From assembly GCA_045533905.1 (NCBI GenBank), contig JAZSIR010000002.1:1-64000 (forward strand): DNA of 64,000 bases, in the 5' to 3' direction. Position numbers and translations under genes: made by a program. The notes below the pieces were generated by a model. It was not told the DNA's origin. It searched no databases and saw only the letters and a list, made by a program, of their open reading frames with translations. This DNA is from Clostridia bacterium. Its GTDB lineage: Bacteria > Bacillota > Clostridia > UMGS1883 > UMGS1540. Each line of letters starts with the position of its first letter. Position 1 is the first letter of the stretch. Of the stretch, positions 58,262 to 64,000 are shown piece by piece.

Positions 58262-60394
58262 TTATCTAAAGAGCGAGAGGCTGCGGATTACCGGGCCGAG
58301 TGTGTTTGCAACGGTGGACATCATCTTGATGAAGATGTCAAGTGCAACACCTACAACGTCCTTACGTGTGTCACCAATGGTGTCACCGGTAACAGCTGCC
58401 TTGTGTGCTGCGCTACCCTTGCCGTGGCCTTCGAGAGCGCCGCTTTCGATGTACTTCTTGGCATTATCGAATGCACCGCCGGAGTTACCCATGAAGAGTG
58501 CACGCGGAATTGCGCAAATGGTAGCACCAACTAAGATACCGCCAACAAATTCGAGACCGAAGAAGATACCGCCTACGATCGGGATGAGGAGTGCGAGTAC
58601 GGAGGGCAGGAGCATCTTGCGAAGTGCTTCTTTTGCAGCCATCTGTACGCAGCGGTTGTAGTCCGGCTTTACGGTGCCTTCCAAAACGCCGGGGATGGAG
58701 AGCTGACGGTCGCCTTCTACTGCCATGTACTTTGCAGAGTCAATGGTGTTGTCTGTAAGAAGTGCAGAGAAGTATTCGATCAGAGCACCACCGATGATAG
58801 CACCGGCGATAACAACGAAGGAAGCAATGTTGAGAACCGGTTCGCCTTCGCCTGCGGCGAGGAAGCTCTGTACATAGGCAACGATAAGAGAAACAGTTGC
58901 AAATGCAGCGGAGCCGATAGCAAAGCCCTTACCGATAGCAGCTGTGGTGTTACCTACAGAGTCAAGCTTATCGGTGATTTTACGTACATCTGCATGGAGG
59001 TGGCAGGATTCTGCAAGACCGCCTGCATTGTCAGCAATCGGACCGAAAGCGTCGATAGAAACGGTAGCGCCTACGAATGCGAGCATACCGAGAGCGGAAA
59101 GTGCAATGCCGTATACGCCGCAAATCCAGCCTGCACCAAAGAGTGCAATACCGATAAGAAGAATCGGGAAGAGGCAGGAACGGGAACCTACAGCGTCACC
59201 CTTGGTTACGATGAAGGCTTCGCCTTCGGGTGCCATTTCAGCAAGGCGACGAGTGGGCTTAAAGTCTGCACTTGTGTAGTATTCTGTTAAAGAACCGATT
59301 GCGATACCGCAGATAACGCCGAATACGCTACAGATCCACGGTGTAATCCAGCCGAACTTAAAGACTTCCGGAAGTACCTGACCTGCGAAGGCAAGGTAGG
59401 AAGCACCAAGACCCAAAAGCGAGGTAAGACCTGCAGAAATCCAAGTGGCAAGGTTTAATTCCTTAGAGGGATTGTCGCCCATCTTACGAATGGCTGCATA
59501 GCCAAGACCGATAACGCAGCTGAGCATACCGCAGCCTGCAAGTGTTACCGGGAAAACCCAAGCAGCGTTGAACATTTCAGTTCCGATTACGCCGGTTGTA
59601 AGAAGCGTAATAGCAATCATAATAGCTGCAGACATAGTAGCAACAAAGCTTTCAAGAAGGTCGGAGCAGTTACCGGCAATGTCGTTTACGTTGTCGCCGA
59701 TAAAGTCAGCTACTACGTTCGGCACGCGGCTGTCATCTTCCGGCATGTCGTTACGAACCTTTGCCAAAATATCAGAAGAAATGTCAGCAGCCTTTGTGTA
59801 GTTACCGCCGGCTACACGGTTGAACATAGCAACGAGGGAGCAGCCGAGGGAGTATGTAGTAATACGCATAACAGTAGCATTTGCGCCCATACCTGTTACA
59901 AAGCCTGCGCCCGTTTTCGTTAAAGATTCCGGATCAAGATCCCAGATGAAGAGCACGGCCAAAAGACCGAAAAGACCAAATGCCTGTACGCTCAAACCGC
60001 TGATACTGCCGCCGCAAAGGGCAACTTTGACGGTTTCGCCGATGGAGAGAGATTCCTTCGCCTTGTTTGCAGTGCGTACGTTTGCGTATGTGGCGCTGCG
60101 CATACCGAGAATGCAAACTGCGCTACTCATAAGAGCACCGATAATCAAGGTGAGACCGCTCGTCTTTTCAATGAAAAGGCTGAAAAGAAGAGCAACAACG
60201 AGAACTACGATTGCAATGGCGCGGAATTCCGTCTTCAAAAACGCAGATGCGCCATCACGGATAATGCCAGCCATTTCAACCATTTCTTCTGTGCCTTCGT
60301 TCATCTTGCGAATGCGAACGTAGTTGAAAGCAACGTAAGCGAGCGCAAGTGCAACAACGGCAAACAGAACGCCTAAAATTGTAGAGATATTCAT
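58262..60394 (-). CDS. hppA: membrane-bound cation-translocating pyrophosphatase (K+-dependent type), divergent
   Basis: ~16 TM; TKAAD, PEDD, GDNV.D, DAFGPIADNAGG, LDSVGNTTAAIGKG, DNAKKYIE. Confidence 0.93.
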   Translation of the reverse strand: MNISTILGVLFAVVALALAYVAFNYVRIRKMNEGTEEMVEMAGIIRDGASAFLKTEFRAIAIVVLVVALLFSLFIEKTSGLTLIIGALMSSAVCILGMRSATYANVRTANKAKESLSIGETVKVALCGGSISGLSVQAFGLFGLLAVLFIWDLDPESLTKTGAGFVTGMGANATVMRITTYSLGCSLVAMFNRVAGGNYTKAADISSDILAKVRNDMPEDDSRVPNVVADFIGDNVNDIAGNCSDLLESFVATMSAAIMIAITLLTTGVIGTEMFNAAWVFPVTLAGCGMLSCVIGLGYAAIRKMGDNPSKELNLATWISAGLTSLLGLGASYLAFAGQVLPEVFKFGWITPWICSVFGVICGIAIGSLTEYYTSADFKPTRRLAEMAPEGEAFIVTKGDAVGSRSCLFPILLIGIALFGAGWICGVYGIALSALGMLAFVGATVSIDAFGPIADNAGGLAESCHLHADVRKITDKLDSVGNTTAAIGKGFAIGSAAFATVSLIVAYVQSFLAAGEGEPVLNIASFVVIAGAIIGGALIEYFSALLTDNTIDSAKYMAVEGDRQLSIPGVLEGTVKPDYNRCVQMAAKEALRKMLLPSVLALLIPIVGGIFFGLEFVGGILVGATICAIPRALFMGNSGGAFDNAKKYIESGALEGHGKGSAAHKAAVTGDTIGDTRKDVVGVALDIFIKMMSTVANTLGPVIRSLSLFR

Positions 60395-60469
60395 GCTTTT
60401 TCCTCCTATTCTTTTGTTTTACCAAAAGCCTTACGAAAAGACTTTTGGCATGAAGCATAAATTGTGGAC

Positions 60470-60499
60470 ATTATATCATTTTTTTCCTATTCCTGTCAA
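60470..60499 (-). promoter_or_regulatory. sigmaA promoter of hppA
   Basis: TTGACA-N18-TATAAT. Confidence 0.7.
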
Positions 60500-60570
60500 T
60501 ATAAAATGCTATTTTTTTGCGAAAAATATTTTAATAGGAAGAAACTTTTTCATTTTTGGTCAAAAGAAAA

Positions 60571-60598
60571 GCGAAGTACGCACGAGTGCGTACTTCGC
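60571..60598 (-). terminator. terminator after noc
   Basis: GCGAAGTACGCAC-..-GTGCGTACTTCGC followed by TTTTCTTTT on the minus strand. Confidence 0.75.
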
Positions 60599-60602
60599 CT
60601 CC

Positions 60603-61412
60603 CTATTTATCGATGCGGATAGTGTATTCATAATAGTCTTCAAATTCTGTCTTTTTCGTTTTCGGTGTAACACCTGCTTTCCGTACCATTTCAAGCGCTT
60701 TGTCGATGGTATTTAGGAATATGCGGTAGTCATTTTTCTTGCGGCGCACGCGCGGAGGTGTCTCCTTTTTTTCTTCGGGAATTTCCCCCTCCAAAAGCGC
60801 ATCTATGTAGGCATCGGTTGCACGGACGTTCATATTCTTTTCCACAATCTTCATCAGCGCTTTCCATTGCATTTCCTCATCGGGAAGGCGCAGAAGCGCA
60901 CGGGCGTGGCGTTCGGTGAGCTTATTGTCAGAAACGATTTTTTTAAGATACGGCGAAAGCTTCAGGATGCGGAGCTTGTTGGCGACGGTGGACTGCTTCT
61001 TCCCCGTTTTCATAGCCACTTCTTCCTGCGTCATGCCATGGTCGGCAATGAGGCGGTGGTACCCTTCTGCCTCCTCAAAAAATCCGAGTTCTTTTCTCTG
61101 GAGATTTTCGATAAGCGCGATGACGGCGCTGTCATCATCATTGATATTTAAAATGAGCGCCGGAATGGTGGGTTTTCGAAGTGACTTTGCCGCGCGAAGG
61201 CGCCGCTCGCCCGTGACAAGCTCATATAAATCCCTTGAAATCCGCCGCACGGTAATCGGCTGAATGATGCCGTATTCGCGAATGGAACCGGCAAGTTCCT
61301 CAATGGCGAGATTATCAAACGTCTGCCGCGGCTGATAGGGGTTTGGAATAATCGAATCCACGGGCAAGTGGAACACGCGGTTTTTATCGTCCTGCAATTT
61401 AAAATTTAACAT
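60603..61412 (-). CDS. noc: ParB-family nucleoid occlusion protein Noc-like
   Basis: PNPYQPR, GIIQPI.VR, GERRLRA, ENLQR, QSTVANKLR, TERHARALL; directly after rsmG. Confidence 0.85.
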   Translation of the reverse strand: MLNFKLQDDKNRVFHLPVDSIIPNPYQPRQTFDNLAIEELAGSIREYGIIQPITVRRISRDLYELVTGERRLRAAKSLRKPTIPALILNINDDDSAVIALIENLQRKELGFFEEAEGYHRLIADHGMTQEEVAMKTGKKQSTVANKLRILKLSPYLKKIVSDNKLTERHARALLRLPDEEMQWKALMKIVEKNMNVRATDAYIDALLEGEIPEEKKETPPRVRRKKNDYRIFLNTIDKALEMVRKAGVTPKTKKTEFEDYYEYTIRIDK

Positions 61413-61486
61413 ATATGCATCACCTCGGAAAAATATTACCATATTTTTCCAGCGGTGTAAAGAAAAAATTTCCGACTTCTTTCGTA

Positions 61487-62182
61487 TCAAGAAATCGGAG
61501 ATTTTTGCGGTTTTCCGGCTTTTCTGGGGTACTGGCGCGGCGTTTGTCGCTTTTTCTCAATGACGATGACAACGTGCGACAAGTCCCCCCACGAAACGTC
61601 ACAAATTTCGCGGATTTCTCCGCCTAAAATTTTTATAGCTTTCTCGGCTTTTTCGGCTTCTTCTCTCCCGTCGCGCCCTTTAAGCGCCAAAAATACGCCG
61701 CCGCATTTTACGAGCGGAAGGCAGTATTCGCAAAGAACGGGAAGGTTTGCCACGGCGCGGGCAATTGCCACGTCATACGCCTCGCGATGGGCGCTGTGCC
61801 CTGCATCCTCTGCCCTTGTGTGCACCGTTTCGGCTTTTTCAAGACCAAGTTCTGAAATAACGGTATCTAAAAACGAAAGGCGTTTTGCGAGAGAATCCAT
61901 AAGCGTTACGGAAATATCGTCGCGCACGATTTTTAAAGGAATGCCGGGGAAGCCTGCACCCGTGCCCACATCCGCGACGCTTGCGCCTTCGGGGATAAGG
62001 CGTTGGCAGCTGATGCTATCCACAAAGTGCTTATCCACCACCTCGTCATGCGCGGTGATGGCGGTGAGATTCATTTTTTCGTTCCACTCGATGAGTAGCT
62101 TTTCGTATGCGGAAAATCGGGCGCAAATTTCCTCTGTCGGGTCAATCCCAAAGGAAGCGAGCCCTTTTTTAAGGTTTTCCAT
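61487..62182 (-). CDS. rsmG: 16S rRNA m7G527 methyltransferase RsmG (GidB)
   Basis: WNEKMNLTAI, KHFVDS, DVGTGAGFPGIPL, ARAVA, YPRKAG.P.K.P. Confidence 0.97.
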   Translation of the reverse strand: MENLKKGLASFGIDPTEEICARFSAYEKLLIEWNEKMNLTAITAHDEVVDKHFVDSISCQRLIPEGASVADVGTGAGFPGIPLKIVRDDISVTLMDSLAKRLSFLDTVISELGLEKAETVHTRAEDAGHSAHREAYDVAIARAVANLPVLCEYCLPLVKCGGVFLALKGRDGREEAEKAEKAIKILGGEIREICDVSWGDLSHVVIVIEKKRQTPRQYPRKAGKPQKSPIS

Positions 62183-64000
62183 TTATCTCTTTCCCTTCTC
62201 AAGGTATACAAGGAGCACGCTGATATCTGCCGGCGAAACGCCGGAAATGCGCGAAGCCTGCCCCACATTTTTGGGGCGGTGCTTCGTAAGCTTCTGGCGT
62301 GCCTCTGTGCAGAGGCCGTCCATCTGCATATAGTCAAGTTCTTCCGAAAGTGCCTTGTTTTCAAGCTTTCTAAACTGCTCTACGGCTTTCTTCTGCCGTT
62401 CGATATAGCCTTCGTATTTAATGCGGATTTCCGCTTCGCTCCACACAGGCTTCGAAAGTGCGGGGCGGGTGGTATCGACCGGTGCGAGTGCCGCATAGGA
62501 AATTTGCGGGCGGCGAAGTAAATCGGCAAGGCGAATGCCGGTTTTTAAGGGTTCGCACCCTGCCGCTTCCATAATCTCGGAAAGCTTGGAGGAGGGCGGC
62601 ACGCTGGTTTTCTCAAGACGCAAAATTTCCGCCTCAATCTGCTGCTGTTTTGCAAGGAACGCTTCATACCGCGCCTCTGAAATAAGACCTGCACGGTACG
62701 CTTTCGGCGTAAGGCGTGCATCGGCATTATCTTGGCGAAGGAGCAGTCTATACTCCGAGCGCGAGGTCATCATGCGGTACGGCTCGTTGGTGCCTTTTGT
62801 GACAAGGTCATCAATCAAAACGCCTGTGTAGCCTTCGTCGCGCCCGATGATAAGCGGTTCTTTTCCAAAAATTTTGAGTGCGGCGTTGGCACCTGCCACA
62901 AGGCCTTGGGCCGCCGCTTCCTCATACCCCGAAGTGCCGTTAAACTGGCCCGCGCCGTAAAGACCGCGGATTTCTTTGCTTTCAAGCGTAGCCTCGAGCA
63001 TAAGTGGGTCGCAGCAGTCATATTCAATCGCATACCCCGCGCGCATAATGACAGCGTTTTCGAGGCCTTCTATAGAATGGAGCACTTCCTCCTGCACATC
63101 CTCGGGAAGCGAGGTGGAAAGCCCCGAAACATACATTTCTTCTGTATCAAGACCCATCGGCTCAATAAAGAGCTGATGGCGCTCACGTTCTGCAAAGCGG
63201 ACAATTTTATCTTCAATCGACGGGCAATATCTTGCCCCTACCCCTTCGATTACGCCACTGAACATCGGCGCACGATGAAGGTTGTTTCGGATAATTTCGT
63301 GGGTTTTTTCGTTTGTGTACGTAAGGTAGCAAGCCACCTTATTTTCAAGTTTTCCTTCCGTTTCGTACGAAAACGGCGTAATTTCCTCATCCCCGTACTG
63401 CGGCTCCATTTTGGAAAAATCGAGGCTCCTTCTGGAAATACGCGGCGGTGTGCCGGTTTTAAAGCGGCGAAGCGAAATGCCGAGTTTTTCTATCGACTTT
63501 GCAAGTTCCGCCGCAGGGAACATACCATCAGGTCCGCCCGCGTGGCTATGCTCGCCCGTGATAATTTTTCCGTTTAAATAGGTGCCTGTGGCGATAACCA
63601 CGGCTTTTGCATAAAACGTGGCGCCAAGGTGCGTTTTTACGCCCTTCACTTCCCCGTTTTCTGCCAATATTTCTACTACTTCTGCCTGCCGTACATCGAG
63701 GTTTTCCATCTCCTCCATGCGCCTTTTCATCTCGCGCATGTACGACCATTTATCCGTCTGCGCGCGAAGGGCGTGCACAGCGGGGCCTTTGCCCGTGTTT
63801 AAAAGACGGGACTGCAAAAAGGTGGCATCGGCCGCTTTGCCCATCACGCCGCCGAGCGCGTCAATCTCGCGCACAAGGTGCCCTTTCGCGCTGCCGCCGA
63901 TATTGGGGTTACAGGACATGGAGGCCAAAAAATCAAGGCTCATGGAAAAAAGAAGCGTCTTCGCGCCAATACGTGCGGCTGCGGCCGCGGCTTCGCATCC
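62183..64000 (-). CDS. mnmG: tRNA uridine-5-carboxymethylaminomethyl modification enzyme MnmG (GidA), N-terminus outside window
   Basis: MSCNP.IGG..KG.LV.EIDALGG, RFKTGTPPR, RYCPSIEDK, AGQ.NGTSGYEEAAAQG; frame stays open to the window edge. Confidence 0.97.
   Translation of the reverse strand, partial: GCEAAAAAARIGAKTLLFSMSLDFLASMSCNPNIGGSAKGHLVREIDALGGVMGKAADATFLQSRLLNTGKGPAVHALRAQTDKWSYMREMKRRMEEMENLDVRQAEVVEILAENGEVKGVKTHLGATFYAKAVVIATGTYLNGKIITGEHSHAGGPDGMFPAAELAKSIEKLGISLRRFKTGTPPRISRRSLDFSKMEPQYGDEEITPFSYETEGKLENKVACYLTYTNEKTHEIIRNNLHRAPMFSGVIEGVGARYCPSIEDKIVRFAERERHQLFIEPMGLDTEEMYVSGLSTSLPEDVQEEVLHSIEGLENAVIMRAGYAIEYDCCDPLMLEATLESKEIRGLYGAGQFNGTSGYEEAAAQGLVAGANAALKIFGKEPLIIGRDEGYTGVLIDDLVTKGTNEPYRMMTSRSEYRLLLRQDNADARLTPKAYRAGLISEARYEAFLAKQQQIEAEILRLEKTSVPPSSKLSEIMEAAGCEPLKTGIRLADLLRRPQISYAALAPVDTTRPALSKPVWSEAEIRIKYEGYIERQKKAVEQFRKLENKALSEELDYMQMDGLCTEARQKLTKHRPKNVGQASRISGVSPADISVLLVYLEKGKR

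Overview
A 64 kb core-chromosome segment of a spore-forming, anaerobic Bacillota (Clostridia; the Oscillospiraceae/Ruminococcaceae-like assignment is an inference from gene content). It probably lies just left of oriC, since the right end carries mnmG-rsmG-noc on the minus strand. Content is mostly housekeeping and sporulation: tRNAs, a gerK-type operon, groESL with CIRCE, rodA-era-recO, spoIIE, maf-mreCD-pbp2-minD, hflX, ksgA, GTP-PEPCK, mgtE, spoIIAA-AB-sigF, RNase P RNA, glgCD-pdaA, ftsEX-M23-S41, hydEGF, rnj, mnmA and a membrane PPase. No CRISPR array, prophage or transposase was seen. The main candidates for new biology are: (1) a 7-gene operon combining D-amino-acid aminotransferase, DUF4392 and DUF1445 (the two domains of D-glutamate cyclase), PxpABC 5-oxoprolinase and alanine racemase, suggesting an undescribed D-Glu/5-oxoproline stereo-inversion pathway; (2) a terminator/antiterminator leader upstream of the [FeFe]-hydrogenase maturase operon that matches no riboswitch I recognise; (3) a structured mgtE leader that is not an M-box; (4) a two-copy ~200 bp structured, terminator-associated MITE-like repeat; (5) a DnaA-box cluster beside the spoIIA promoter; (6) a motif-divergent membrane pyrophosphatase. 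All calls come from motif recognition by eye; no database searches were run.
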